Shown in pieces: positions 21,920 through 31,710 of a DNA stretch of 64,000 bases. The notes under the pieces were generated by a model. The model saw only the letters and a program-made list of their open reading frames with translations, made no database searches and had not been told where the DNA came from. Made by a program: the position numbers and the translations under genes. The stretch comes from an uncultured Armatimonadetes bacterium (lineage in GTDB: Bacteria > Armatimonadota > Hebobacteria > Hebobacterales > Hebobacteraceae), in assembly GCA_963716175.1 (NCBI GenBank), contig OY970296.1, forward strand, positions 3,456,001-3,520,000, read 5' to 3'. Numbering within the stretch: position 1 is the stretch's first letter; every line of letters begins with the position of its first letter.

Positions 21920-22087
21920 CAGAGTGCGCGGCGGTAGGCTTGGTGCATTCGAAGGGGAAGGCAATCCTTCCCCTTCGATGTCTCACCTGACCCCCCTGCA
22001 ATGTGTCGGGCAGGCCAGGACACATGGTGGGTGGTTTGACACCGACAGGCCATTTTGCTAACATAGAGACCCCGGAGAATCATTGCC

Positions 22088-22420
22088 ATGTATGCTGTCG
22101 TGGAGACTGGCGGGAAGCAGTATCGGGTGGCGCCGGATGAGTTGGTGGCGGTGGAGAAGCTCCCTGCGGAGGCCGGGGAGGTGATCGAGCTCGACCGGGT
22201 GGCCCTGCTGGAGGTGGACGGGCGAGTGCAGGTGGGAACGCCGTGGGTGGAGGGAGCGAAGGTGACCTGCCGCGTGGTCTCTCACGGCCGGGGCCGCAAG
22301 GTGGACGTGTTCACCTACAAGGCGAAGAAGAACTACAAGCGGAAGCTGGGCCATCGCCAGCCCTACACCCAGCTCATGGTAGAGAAGATCTCGGTAGGCG
22401 CGGTGGAGAAGGAGGCTTGA
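22088..22420 (+). CDS. rplU: 50S ribosomal protein L21
   Basis: [21 protein letters not shown]. Confidence 0.97.
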   Translation: MYAVVETGGKQYRVAPDELVAVEKLPAEAGEVIELDRVALLEVDGRVQVGTPWVEGAKVTCRVVSHGRGRKVDVFTYKAKKNYKRKLGHRQPYTQLMVEKISVGAVEKEA

Positions 22421-22421
22421 G

Positions 22422-22679
22422 ATGGCACATAAGAAGGGAGTTGGCAGCTCACGCAACGGTCGGGACAGCCAGCCTAAGCGATTGGGCGTGAAGGTTTTCG
22501 CAGGCAGCCTGGTGCCGGCGGGCAGCATCATCGTGCGCCAGCGGGGGACGCCCATTCGGCCCGGCCGGAATGTGGGCCTGGGCCGCGACGACACCTTGTT
22601 CGCCAAGGTGGAGGGGGTGGTGGAGTTCGGCGGCAGCGCCGGCCGACGCCAAGTTCACGTGATCCCGGTCGCGCCCTAG
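22422..22679 (+). CDS. rpmA: 50S ribosomal protein L27
   Basis: [24 protein letters not shown]. Confidence 0.97.
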   Translation: MAHKKGVGSSRNGRDSQPKRLGVKVFAGSLVPAGSIIVRQRGTPIRPGRNVGLGRDDTLFAKVEGVVEFGGSAGRRQVHVIPVAP

Positions 22680-22689
22680 GAGCCCCGGC

Positions 22690-23984
22690 GTGACGGCCTC
22701 TGCGGGCCGCGCGGTCTTTGTTGACGAAGCCGAGATTGAGGTGAAGGCTGGCGGCGGCGGTGACGGCATCGTCAGCCTTCGGCACGAGAAGCACGTTCCC
22801 AAGGGTGGGCCGGATGGCGGCGATGGCGGCCGGGGTGGAGATGTGGTGGCGGCCGCTGACCCGCACCTGCGCACTCTCGTCGATCTTGCCCATCGGCGCC
22901 ACTACCGCGCGGAGGATGGCGGCCGGGGGGGCCCAACCGCCGTCGCGGCAAGAACGGCGCCAACCTCGAGATCCACCTGCCTGTTGGCACGGTCATCCGC
23001 CGGGTATCGGACGGCGTGGCCGTCGCCGATCTTGTCCGGCCAGGCGAGCACGTGGTATTAGCTCGCGGCGGGCGCGGCGGGCGGGGCAACGCGCACTTCG
23101 CCAGCGCCATCCGGCCCACTCCGCGGTTCGCGGAGAAGGCCGAGCCCGGCCAGGAACTGCGGCTCTTTCTCGAGCTGAAGCTGCTGGCTGATGTGGGCGT
23201 CATCGGGCTGCCGAATGTCGGCAAGTCCAGCCTGATCGCGCGGGTCTCGGCGGCCCGGCCCAAGATCGCGGACTATCCCTTCACCACCCTGGTGCCGAAC
23301 CTGGGGGTGGTCAAGCTGGAGGAGGGGTCGAGTTTCGTGATCGCAGACTTGCCCGGCCTGGTGGAGGGGGCGCACTCGGGGGCCGGGAGAGGGCACGATT
23401 TCCTGCGCCATGTGGAGCGCACCAGAGTGCTGATCCACATGCTCGACGTGACTGCGCCGGACCGCGATCCGCGCCACGATTTCGAGGTGGTCAACACCGA
23501 GCTGGCGCTGTACGATACGGAGCTGGCAGGGCGGCCGCAGCTGGTCGCGCTCAACAAGATGGACTTGCGGCCGGACCCGGAGAAGCTGGCGGAGCTGGAG
23601 TCTTCGCTGCAGGCGGAGGGCTACTTCGTGTTCCGCATCTCCGCCCTCACCGGGGAGGGGTTGAGACCACTGATGGGGGCCGCCTCCCGGCTGCTGCCCG
23701 AGATGTCGGCACCGGCCCCGGCCGAGCCCGCGGTCGCGGCCCGGGCTGCGCCGACCAGGCCCGAGCGGCCAAGAGTGAACCAGGTGAGTCCGGGGCGCTT
23801 CGAGGTGCTGGGCGAGGCGGTCGAGCGCGCCGTCATTATGACCGACCTCGACAATCAGGAGGCGGTGCGCCACCTGCACCGGCGCCTTTCCGCCATGGGA
23901 GTGATCCGCCGCCTGCGGGAGCTGGGGGCGAAACAGGGCGACCGGGTGCGGATCGGAACGGTGGAGCTGAACTTCGAGGAGTGA
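22690..23984 (+). CDS. obgE: GTPase ObgE; one-base frameshift in a G run near 22925-22931 (probable sequencing error)
   Basis: [16 protein letters not shown]; then [24 protein letters not shown]-terminal OCT domain. Confidence 0.93.
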
Positions 23985-23993
23985 GGAGGCAGG

Positions 23994-25256
23994 ATGGCCA
24001 CCGGAGTCATTGCCGAGGTGGTGGAGAAGGCAAAGCGGGCCCGCCAGGCGGCGGCGCGGCTGGCCGCGTTCTCTCGCGCCCAGAAGGATGCGGTGCTGCT
24101 GGCCATGGCCGATGTGCTCGAGCGCAACGCGGCTGCTATCCTGGAGGCGAACGCACGGGATGTGACGCAGGCTCAGGAGCGGGGGATGTCGGCGGCCCCG
24201 ATTGACCGGCTGATTCTGAATGAGAAGCGGATCGGGGAAATGGCCGAGGGGCTGCGCACGGCGGCCCGCCTCACTGACCCGGTCGGGGAGATTATCGGCG
24301 GCTGGCGCCTGGCCAACGGGCTGGAGATCACGAAGGTGCGCGTGCCTCTGGGCGTGGTCGGGATTATCTACGAATCGCGCCCCAATGTCACCGTGGATGC
24401 GGCCGGACTCTGCCTGAAGTCGGGCAATGCGGTGGTGCTCCGCGGGGGCTCGGATGCCATTCACTCCAATGTCGCCCTGGCCAACTTGCTGAACGAAGCG
24501 GGCCTCCCTGCAGGGCTGCCGGAGGGTGCGCTCTCGATCATCGAGAGCACCGACCGGGAGGCGGTGGGACAGCTCATGCGGCTGGACCGGTATCTGGATG
24601 TGCTGATCCCGCGGGGCGGAGGCGACCTGATCCGCCGGGTGAAGCAGGAGTCCACCATCCCCGTGATCGAGACCGGGGAGGGGGTCTGTCACGTCTACCT
24701 CGACGCCTCGGCCGACGTGGCCCAGGCCGAGGCCATCGTGGTCAATGCCAAGTGCCAGCGCCCCGGGGTCTGCAACGCGGCGGAGACGCTGCTGGTACAC
24801 CAGCGGGTGGCCGCCGATCTGCTGCCCAGGATCGGCCACCGGCTCACCGAGCTGGGGGTTGAGCTGCGAGCCTGCGAGCGCTCTCTTCCCTATCTGGAGG
24901 GCGCGAAGGCGGCGGAGGAGGAGGACTGGTCAACCGAGTACCTGGCCCTGATCCTGGCGGTCAAAGTTGTGGACAGCCTGCAGGAGGCGATCGCACACAT
25001 CAACTACTATGGCACCCATCATTCCGACGCCATCGTCACCCGCGATCTGGAGAGCGCGCGCCGCTTCGGCCAGGAGGTGGACTCGGCCGTAGTCTATGTG
25101 AACGCCTCCACCCGGTTCACGGATGGCGGCGAGTTCGGCTTTGGCGCCGAGATCGGGATCAGCAACCAGAAGCTGCACGCCCGCGGCCCCATGGGGCTGG
25201 CGGAGCTCACCAGCTACAAGTACGTGGTCTATGGCGAGGGGCAGGTGAGGGCATAG
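23994..25256 (+). CDS. proA: gamma-glutamyl phosphate reductase
   Basis: GIIYESRPNVT, CNAAETLL, NASTRFTDGGEFG, KLHARGP. Confidence 0.95.
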   Translation: MATGVIAEVVEKAKRARQAAARLAAFSRAQKDAVLLAMADVLERNAAAILEANARDVTQAQERGMSAAPIDRLILNEKRIGEMAEGLRTAARLTDPVGEIIGGWRLANGLEITKVRVPLGVVGIIYESRPNVTVDAAGLCLKSGNAVVLRGGSDAIHSNVALANLLNEAGLPAGLPEGALSIIESTDREAVGQLMRLDRYLDVLIPRGGGDLIRRVKQESTIPVIETGEGVCHVYLDASADVAQAEAIVVNAKCQRPGVCNAAETLLVHQRVAADLLPRIGHRLTELGVELRACERSLPYLEGAKAAEEEDWSTEYLALILAVKVVDSLQEAIAHINYYGTHHSDAIVTRDLESARRFGQEVDSAVVYVNASTRFTDGGEFGFGAEIGISNQKLHARGPMGLAELTSYKYVVYGEGQVRA

Positions 25257-25284
25257 CAGCAGCTCGTCGAGCCCGGATGAGGCG

Positions 25285-25920
25285 ATGACAGAAGCTGTCG
25301 GGATCATGGGAGGAACCTTCGACCCCGTCCACTTCGGCCACCTGGTGGCCGCGGAGGAGGCGCGGGTGCGATTCTCTCTGGGCCGGATCGTCTTCGTGCC
25401 CAATGCCGACCCGCCGCACAAGAAGGCGTACCCGGTGACCCCGGCCGAGCGCAGACACGAGATGGTGGTGCTCGCCACCGCCTCCAACTGCCACTTCGAG
25501 GCCTCTCGCATCGAGCTCGATCGCTCCGGCCCCTCCTACAGCGCTGACACCATGCGCTCTTTCCGGGAGCAACTGGGCAGCCAGACCAAGCTCTATTTCA
25601 TCACCGGGGTGGACGCGATTCTGGAGATATTGAACTGGCACCAGCCCGAGCAACTGGCACAGCTCTGCGAGTTCATCGCGGTCACCCGCCCGGGGTATCA
25701 ACCCCAGCGCCTGGAGGCGGTGTTGAGCAGGCAGTTCCTGGCCCGCACTCACCTGCTCCACATCCCGGGCCTGGCCATCTCCTCCACGGAGCTGCGTCAG
25801 CGGGCCGGGGCGGGGGAATCGCTGCGCTATCTGACTCCGCTGCCGGTGGTGCGCTACATCGCGGCTCATCAGCTCTATCAGCGGCAGGGCGCAGCCGAGC
25901 GAGCCGCGTGCGGCGGGTGA
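25285..25920 (+). CDS. nadD: nicotinate-nucleotide adenylyltransferase
   Basis: GGTFDPVHFGH, PPHK, FITGVD, ISSTELR. Confidence 0.95.
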   Translation: MTEAVGIMGGTFDPVHFGHLVAAEEARVRFSLGRIVFVPNADPPHKKAYPVTPAERRHEMVVLATASNCHFEASRIELDRSGPSYSADTMRSFREQLGSQTKLYFITGVDAILEILNWHQPEQLAQLCEFIAVTRPGYQPQRLEAVLSRQFLARTHLLHIPGLAISSTELRQRAGAGESLRYLTPLPVVRYIAAHQLYQRQGAAERAACGG

Positions 25921-25935
25921 GCCGAGGGAGAGACC

Positions 25936-27141
25936 GTGTCCGTTATCGCCCGAAGAAGAAGCGCGGGGAGCGGCCATGCCATCGTCTTCAAGTGGTGGTG
26001 GCTGATCTGGGCGGCTGCCGGGGCCTGCACCTTCCTCTGCGGGGCCGCCCTGGGCGTTGTCTCGTCCGGGGGGGCCGGGGGCGGGGGTGGGTGGTTCAGC
26101 CAGCTCTTGAGTCCACCCTTTGGGGGCCGCGACCGAGTCACCATCCTCATGGTGGGCGCAGACAGCTCTACCGGGCTGGGGCTTGCCGACACCATCATCG
26201 TGGTCGTGGTCAGCCCGCGTACGGGTGAGATCTCTGCGCTCTCCATTCCCCGAGACTGCCGGGTCGAGGTGCCGGGGGTGGGGGTGCGCCGGGTGAACGC
26301 CTCCCACTCGCTGGGCGGCATGCCACTCACCATCCAGACGGTGGAGCTGCTGCTGGGCCTTCCCATTGACCATTACATCGAGGTGAACGTACCAGGCATC
26401 GTGCACCTGGTGGACGCCATTGGCGGCGTGGACATAGACGTGGAGAAACGGATGTACTACCGCGACCGCTCGCAGGATCTGCTCATTGACCTTCAGCCCG
26501 GCCTGCAGCACCTGACTGGTATGCAGGCCATGGGCTATGTCCGCTTCCGCCACGACGCCACCGGAGATATTGGCCGGATGGAGCGCCAGCAGCATTTCCT
26601 GCGGGCCGTGATCCGCCAGCTGATGGCTCCCAGCAACGTGGCGCGCCTGCCCAAGCTGGCGCAGGCTTTCGTCGAGATGGTCAACACGGATCTGAGCGTG
26701 CGCGATCTGCTGTCCTTCAAGAAGCTGGTAGAGCAGAACGGGCCGGAGGCGATCCGCGCTGAAGCCCTGCCGGGCGAGCCCAAGATGATCCACGGGCAGA
26801 GCATGATCGAGCTCGACCCGGTGCAGGTGAAGCAGGCCGTGGACCGGGTGCTGCGAGGTCAGGGGTTGGCGGTGCAGGTGCTGAATGGCACCAGTGTCAG
26901 CGGCCTTGGGGCGAAGGTGGCGTCCGTGCTGGAGGAGGCCGGGTGTGAGATCACGGAGGTGGGGAATGCGGCCGAGCAGAGCGAGACCACGGTGATCGTA
27001 GATCATCGGGGGCGGGCTCGCCGGGCGGAGCGGGTGGCGGATTGGCTGGGTAAAGGGGTGATCTCGGTGCAGCCGGATGGGCAGAATCCGGCGGATGTCA
27101 CCGTGATCGTCGGGCGCGACCTGGTGGGCCGAGAGCGATGA
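25936..27141 (+). CDS. LCP (LytR-CpsA-Psr) family protein with LytR C-terminal domain
   Basis: ILMVGAD, DTII, SIPRD, YVRFRHD..GDIGRMERQQ; VQVLNGTSVSGL, DVTVIVGRD. Confidence 0.9.
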   Translation: MSVIARRRSAGSGHAIVFKWWWLIWAAAGACTFLCGAALGVVSSGGAGGGGGWFSQLLSPPFGGRDRVTILMVGADSSTGLGLADTIIVVVVSPRTGEISALSIPRDCRVEVPGVGVRRVNASHSLGGMPLTIQTVELLLGLPIDHYIEVNVPGIVHLVDAIGGVDIDVEKRMYYRDRSQDLLIDLQPGLQHLTGMQAMGYVRFRHDATGDIGRMERQQHFLRAVIRQLMAPSNVARLPKLAQAFVEMVNTDLSVRDLLSFKKLVEQNGPEAIRAEALPGEPKMIHGQSMIELDPVQVKQAVDRVLRGQGLAVQVLNGTSVSGLGAKVASVLEEAGCEITEVGNAAEQSETTVIVDHRGRARRAERVADWLGKGVISVQPDGQNPADVTVIVGRDLVGRER

Positions 27142-27536
27142 GGTCGCGCGCGCGCCGAGTGGTTCCCGAGGCCAAGCCGCTGGCGACTGAGGAGAAGCTG
27201 GCCGTGGCCGAGAGCGCGCTGGTGGACCATCGCGCGGTGGACCCGGTGCGGCTCGACATGAGAGCGGTGACCTTGATCACCGATTACTTCGTGATCTGCC
27301 ACGGCACCTCGAGCGTGCATATCCGGGGGTTAGCCGACGCGGTGGTGGAGGCCCTGGAGCAGTTGGGCCTGCGTGCCAGCGGGGTGGAGGGACATCGGGA
27401 GGCGCGGTGGATTCTGCTCGACTACGGCGATGTGGTGATCCACATCTTTGCGGAGGAGGAGCGCAGCTTCTACGACCTGGAGCGGCTCTGGAGTGATGCT
27501 CCTCAGGTCGCCATTGCCGCGCCGGAGCAGCAATGA
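27138..27536 (+). CDS. rsfS: ribosome silencing factor
   Basis: DYFVICHG, WILLDYGDVVIHIF, FYDLERLW. Confidence 0.93.
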   Translation: MRSRARRVVPEAKPLATEEKLAVAESALVDHRAVDPVRLDMRAVTLITDYFVICHGTSSVHIRGLADAVVEALEQLGLRASGVEGHREARWILLDYGDVVIHIFAEEERSFYDLERLWSDAPQVAIAAPEQQ

Positions 27537-28234
27537 CCACACCCGAGCAGCCATCGCATATGGAGATCCAGAGCAAGCTGCGCGAGCTGTTGGGGCGCGC
27601 TACCCTGGCCCGCACGCGGCGGCAATGGGAGCAAGCGCTCAAGCTGGTGCAGGAGGCGATCGCGCTCGATGAGAGCAGCGCCGAGGCGCATGAGCTGCAG
27701 GGCGATCTGCTGCTGGAGCTGAAGCGAGGCGCGGAAGCCATGGGGAGCTTCCGCCGCGCCCGGGAGCTGCGGCCCAGCCGCGCCCTGCTGGAGGAAAAGA
27801 TCGCCCGCGCCGCGCTGCAGCAGGCGGCCCGGCAGCAGCGCATCGAGCTCTCTCAGGCCATCCTGGAAGGACGGGTCAAGCCCGCGTCAAAACGCAGCCC
27901 GGGCTACGCGGCGGTGCTGTCACTCATGTTGCCCGGCCTGGGCCAGTTCTACAATGGTGAGGTGGTGAAAGGGCTGGTCATGCTCACGGCCTACGTATTC
28001 CTGCTCGCCCTCGCCCTGCTGGCCGTGCTGCGCGGGATCGCCACCAGCCCCTCGGCGGCCGGGGGCGGCCTGTTCGGACAGGAGATAAACGTGGGCGCCA
28101 TCTTCTCGGGTCTCTCGTCCGGAGGCACCACGCTGGTCAGCGTTCTGCTGGTGGTGCTCTGGCTCTACGGGATTGGCGACGCGGCCTGGCGCGCCAGCAA
28201 GACTCTGACCTCGGATGAGACCGGCCTGGTGTGA
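27533..28234 (+). CDS. TPR-containing membrane protein (TM2-like LPGLGQFY motif)
   Basis: TPR-like helices, then SPGYAAVLSLMLPGLGQFYNGE and TMs. Confidence 0.7.
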   Translation: MTTPEQPSHMEIQSKLRELLGRATLARTRRQWEQALKLVQEAIALDESSAEAHELQGDLLLELKRGAEAMGSFRRARELRPSRALLEEKIARAALQQAARQQRIELSQAILEGRVKPASKRSPGYAAVLSLMLPGLGQFYNGEVVKGLVMLTAYVFLLALALLAVLRGIATSPSAAGGGLFGQEINVGAIFSGLSSGGTTLVSVLLVVLWLYGIGDAAWRASKTLTSDETGLV

Positions 28235-28244
28235 GGTGGGAGAG

Positions 28245-28868
28245 ATGAGCGAGGCGATGGATGAGCTGCGGGAAGTGCCTCTGGGCAAAGCAGTCATTCT
28301 GCCGGAGCCGCGCGTGAGAGGGACGATGTCAGTGGAGGAAGCGATCCAGCGCCGACGCAGCACGCGCGGCTTCACCTCCGATCCGCTCGACCTGGCTGCT
28401 ATCTCTCAGCTCCTGTGGTCAGCCCAGGGTCTCACCTCGCCCGAGGGGCTGAGGGCTGCGCCCTCGGCCGGCGCACGCTATCCGCTGGAGGTGTATCTGG
28501 CGTGCGCGGCCGGGCTGTTTCGCTATCAGGGTCGCGATCACTCTCTGTTGAAGGTGCGGGGGGCCGATCTGCGCGGTCAGCTTGCGGAGGCCGCACTGGG
28601 CCAGAGCTTCGTGGCGGAGGCCCCGATCGCGCTGGTGTTCGTGGCCATCTACGAGCGCACTACCAGCCGTTATCGCGACCGAGGCATTCGCTACGTGCAT
28701 ATTGACGTGGGGCATGCCGCGGAGAACGTGCATTTGCAGGCCGAGGCCCTGGGCCTGGGGTCCTGTGCGGTGGGGGCGTTTGACGATGCCGCGGCGGCCC
28801 GGGTCCTGCACTTGCCAGACGACCAGAAGCCGCTCTACCTCATCCCGGTAGGCCGGCCGAGCGGTTGA
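28245..28868 (+). CDS. SagB/ThcOx family nitroreductase-like protein
   Basis: RRRSTR, LRAAPSAGARYPLE, GHAAENVHL, GAFDD. Confidence 0.88.
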   Translation: MSEAMDELREVPLGKAVILPEPRVRGTMSVEEAIQRRRSTRGFTSDPLDLAAISQLLWSAQGLTSPEGLRAAPSAGARYPLEVYLACAAGLFRYQGRDHSLLKVRGADLRGQLAEAALGQSFVAEAPIALVFVAIYERTTSRYRDRGIRYVHIDVGHAAENVHLQAEALGLGSCAVGAFDDAAAARVLHLPDDQKPLYLIPVGRPSG

Positions 28869-28955
28869 CCGGCCCTCCCTGCAAAGCTACAATTAGGGGC
28901 GGCGCCCCTGTGGCCAAGTGGATAAGGCGCAGGCCTCCGGAGCCTGAACCGCAGG
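28861..28955 (+). repeat. 95-bp direct repeat (promoter plus 5' part of tRNA-Arg), second copy at 29317-29411
   Basis: identical except one base; contains TTGACC-17bp-TACAAT promoter. Confidence 0.9.
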
Positions 28956-29030
28956 TGGCTAGGCCCGAAGGGCCGCCATGGCGGTCCCCGCGAGCGGGGA
29001 CCTAGCCATTCGCATCCCGCCAGGGGGCCA
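28904..29030 (+). pseudogene. tRNA-Arg(CCG) pseudo-copy interrupted by a 53-bp insertion in the T arm
   Basis: identical to the intact tRNA up to GCAGG; insert 28956-29008; then degenerate TTCGCATCCCGCCAGGGGGCCA. Confidence 0.8.
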
Positions 29031-29035
29031 GCCAC

Positions 29036-29296
29036 GTGGGGGGAAGCGTGTACTACGTCTACATTCTGCGGAGTGTGCCGCGAGGAACACTGTACGTAGG
29101 CACAACGCAGGATGTGGACAAGCGCCTTCGCGATCACAATGCGGGCCGAAGCAAGTCTACCCGCCCCCACCGGCCCTTCGAGCTGGTGCACGTGGAGCAG
29201 TTCCCGAGCCTAGGTGAGGCGCGGCGGCGGGAGTGGCAGCTCAAGTGCAGCCCCGCTGGAGGCAAGGAGAAGAAGCAGCTGGTCGGGGGCGAGTAG
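29036..29296 (+). CDS. GIY-YIG nuclease family protein (small, standalone)
   Basis: YYVYILRS..LYVGTT..KRLRDHN, EARRREWQLK. Confidence 0.9.
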   Translation: MGGSVYYVYILRSVPRGTLYVGTTQDVDKRLRDHNAGRSKSTRPHRPFELVHVEQFPSLGEARRREWQLKCSPAGGKEKKQLVGGE

Positions 29297-29359
29297 ACCC
29301 ATTCTATGTCTGAGCCGCGGTTGACCGGCCCTCCTTGCAAAGCTACAATTAGGGGCGGC

Positions 29360-29434
29360 GCCCCTGTGGCCAAGTGGATAAGGCGCAGGCCTCCGGAGCC
29401 TGAACCGCAGGTTCGAATCCTGCCAGGGGTACCA
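29360..29434 (+). tRNA. tRNA-Arg(CCG)
   Basis: GCCCCTG/CAGGGGT acceptor, anticodon stem CAGGC/GCCTG with loop CTCCGGA, GTTCGAATCC, CCA. Confidence 0.95.
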
Positions 29435-29574
29435 CAGAGTGCGAATGCGATAGGCCTGGTGCATGTCGGAGGGGGAGGGAGGACCCTCCCCCTCTCGAAT
29501 CTCACCCCTCCTCTTCGCCTGCTGCGATTGGTGTATAATAGGGAGCGGTTCTCTCTGTTGTCAGGAGCGTCCAG

Positions 29575-30427
29575 ATGAACTCTGTCAAGACTATCGGCCT
29601 GATGATCGGGCTGACGGCATTGCTGGTGCTGATCGGCGGCTATCTGGGCGGGCGCCACGGGATGATCGTGGCCCTCGCCTTCGCCACCATCATGAACCTG
29701 TTCAGCTACTGGTTCTCAGATAAGATCGTGCTCGCCATGTACCGCGCGCAGGAGGTAGATGAGGCCACCGCGCCGACGCTTTTCCGCGTAGTGCGTGGAT
29801 TGGCCGAGAAGGCCGGGATGCCCATGCCGCGGGTCTACATCATCCCGCAGGCCCAGCCCAATGCGTTCGCTACCGGGCGCGACCCCAAGCACGCGGCGGT
29901 GGCGGCCACTCAGGGGTTACTGCAGTTGATGGATGAACAGGAGTTGGAGGGCGTGATCGCCCACGAGCTTTCGCACGTCAGGAACCGGGATATCCTCATC
30001 GGCACCATCGCCGCCACCCTCGCCGGGGCGGTGATGATCCTGGCCCGGATGGCCCAGTTCGCCGCCATCTTCGGGGGCGGAGGCCGGGACCGGGACGAGG
30101 AGCGCGGCGGCGGACTCGGCCTGATCTTCGTCGCCATCTTCGGCGCCATCGCGGCCGCCCTGATCCAGCTCGCCATCTCGCGGGTCGCGGGAATACCAGG
30201 CCGACGCCTCGGGGGCCAGGCTTTCCGGCGATCCGCACGGGCTGGCGCGGGCGCCATCGGCCCTGGAGCGGGCCACTCAGCGCGTACCCATGGAGGCCAA
30301 TCCCGCCACTTCTCACATGTTCATCGTGAACCCCTTCGGCGGCGGGGGATTGGTGCGCCTGTTCAGCACTCACCCGCCCATAGAAGATCGCATCGCCCGT
30401 CTGGAGCGGATGGCGGCCGATACCTGA
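29575..30427 (+). CDS. htpX: zinc metalloprotease HtpX; one frameshift near 30183 (probable sequencing error)
   Basis: [14 protein letters not shown]; after the shift, SREYQAD and [14 protein letters not shown]. Confidence 0.9.
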
Positions 30428-30615
30428 GTCCGGCGTGCGTGGTCGTTCCCGCCGGGTCTTGAGCATCCGATTCCGCTAGCGGGCCTGGCGCTGCTCTGCC
30501 TGCCAGATTTGGTTGACCGCGATCTATTCGCGGCCTTCCTCCATGTCAATGGACGCGAGGTGACGGGAGAGACAGTCTCTGCTTCGAGGGTAATGTCGGA
30601 TCGGTTTACTGTGAA

Positions 30616-31710
30616 GTGACATCAGTCGGACGGGAGGGAGAGTTGAGAGCACGCAGGGTGGCACAGATGGCATTGGTTGTCGCGGCGGTGATGGCCTTCG
30701 TGCAGTGGGCGCCCCAGGCGCGGGCGGCTGCGCTGCCAGGGCCCTTTGACCCCAGGCCGCTGATGGACGCGGCAGCGAAGCGGCTGACCGGCGACCGCTA
30801 CACCTTCGCAGTTTTCGGGGACTCGTATGCTCGGCCTCCGCTTCGGACCTTGCTGGAGCTGGTGGACTCCTGCTCTCCGGACTTTGTGGTGCTGCTGGGC
30901 GACATGGTGGAGGACGGGGCTGGCAAGGAAGGCCCGAAGAACTGGGAGATGCTGAGCGAGCGGGTCGGCTGGTTCCTCCGGTCCCGGCCCACCTGGCCCG
31001 TGGTCGGCAATCACGAGGTGGACACGGATTTCCAGCAGGGGCTGAGCAGCTTCCTTCGCTTCTTCGGCATGAAGGATCAGAACTACAGCTTCACCTTTGG
31101 CAACGCCAAGTTCATCGTGCTGGGCATTGACCCGGAAGGGCGGCTGGTGGCGCCCGACCAGTTGGCGTTTCTCCAACGCGAGCTCGCCGATCGCGGCAAG
31201 TACAAGCACGTCTTCGTGCTCCGACACGTGCCCTTCTACACCATCGGCATGAAGGAGAAAGACGAGGTGCCCAACACCGAGACGGACTTGGTCAAGGTGC
31301 TGGAGCAGAGCCGGGTCACCGCTACCTTCAGCGGGCACGACCACTACTACTACCGCACTCGGCGACAGGGTGTGACCCACGTGATCGCGGGGGTGTCGGG
31401 GGCGGGTGTCTATGACCTTCAGAGGCTGGCCGAGCAGGCGCCCGGGGACGCCTATATGGGGGTCTCTGCGGCCGAGGATCAGATCATGCGGCATGTGCCG
31501 GGCCGGGTTGACAAGTCAGTGCCGTACCAAGGGTACTACGAGTCCGGCGACCAGTGCCTTTTTGCCGTCTTCGTGCACGTCAACGGCGATCGCGTCACCG
31601 CGGAGACCGTCTCCATGAACGGCGAGGTGTGGGACAGCTTCGTGCTCAGCGGCGATGATTTCGGTGCTGTCAGCGCCCCCGCGGAGGCCCCCGCCGCGCC
31701 TGGGCCATGA
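30616..31710 (+). CDS. secreted calcineurin-like metallophosphoesterase
   Basis: FGDS, LGDMV, VGNHE, SGHDH motifs; signal-peptide-like N-terminus; start uncertain. Confidence 0.85.
   Translation: MTSVGREGELRARRVAQMALVVAAVMAFVQWAPQARAAALPGPFDPRPLMDAAAKRLTGDRYTFAVFGDSYARPPLRTLLELVDSCSPDFVVLLGDMVEDGAGKEGPKNWEMLSERVGWFLRSRPTWPVVGNHEVDTDFQQGLSSFLRFFGMKDQNYSFTFGNAKFIVLGIDPEGRLVAPDQLAFLQRELADRGKYKHVFVLRHVPFYTIGMKEKDEVPNTETDLVKVLEQSRVTATFSGHDHYYYRTRRQGVTHVIAGVSGAGVYDLQRLAEQAPGDAYMGVSAAEDQIMRHVPGRVDKSVPYQGYYESGDQCLFAVFVHVNGDRVTAETVSMNGEVWDSFVLSGDDFGAVSAPAEAPAAPGP

Noticed and set aside
22690-23984. obgE split over two frames as a pseudogene or programmed frameshift
   Set aside because: A single missing G in a G homopolymer of a normally essential gene; most likely a sequencing or assembly indel.
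23984-23994. Absence of proB between obgE and proA
   Set aside because: Gene-order variation is common; proB may lie elsewhere in the genome.
23058-27006. Long antisense ORFs (593 aa, 599 aa) and similar shadow ORFs across the window
   Set aside because: They lie opposite well-supported genes; expected artefact of high-GC codon usage.
28245-28868. SagB-like gene (with tldD/E elsewhere) as a RiPP cluster
   Set aside because: No YcaO, precursor peptide or transporter nearby; standalone nitroreductase-like gene in a housekeeping operon.
19151-30427. pcm and htpX frameshifts as real gene decay or phase variation
   Set aside because: Each is one indel in or next to a short G/GC run with otherwise intact sequence, matching the obgE error pattern. 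Read-level checking is needed.
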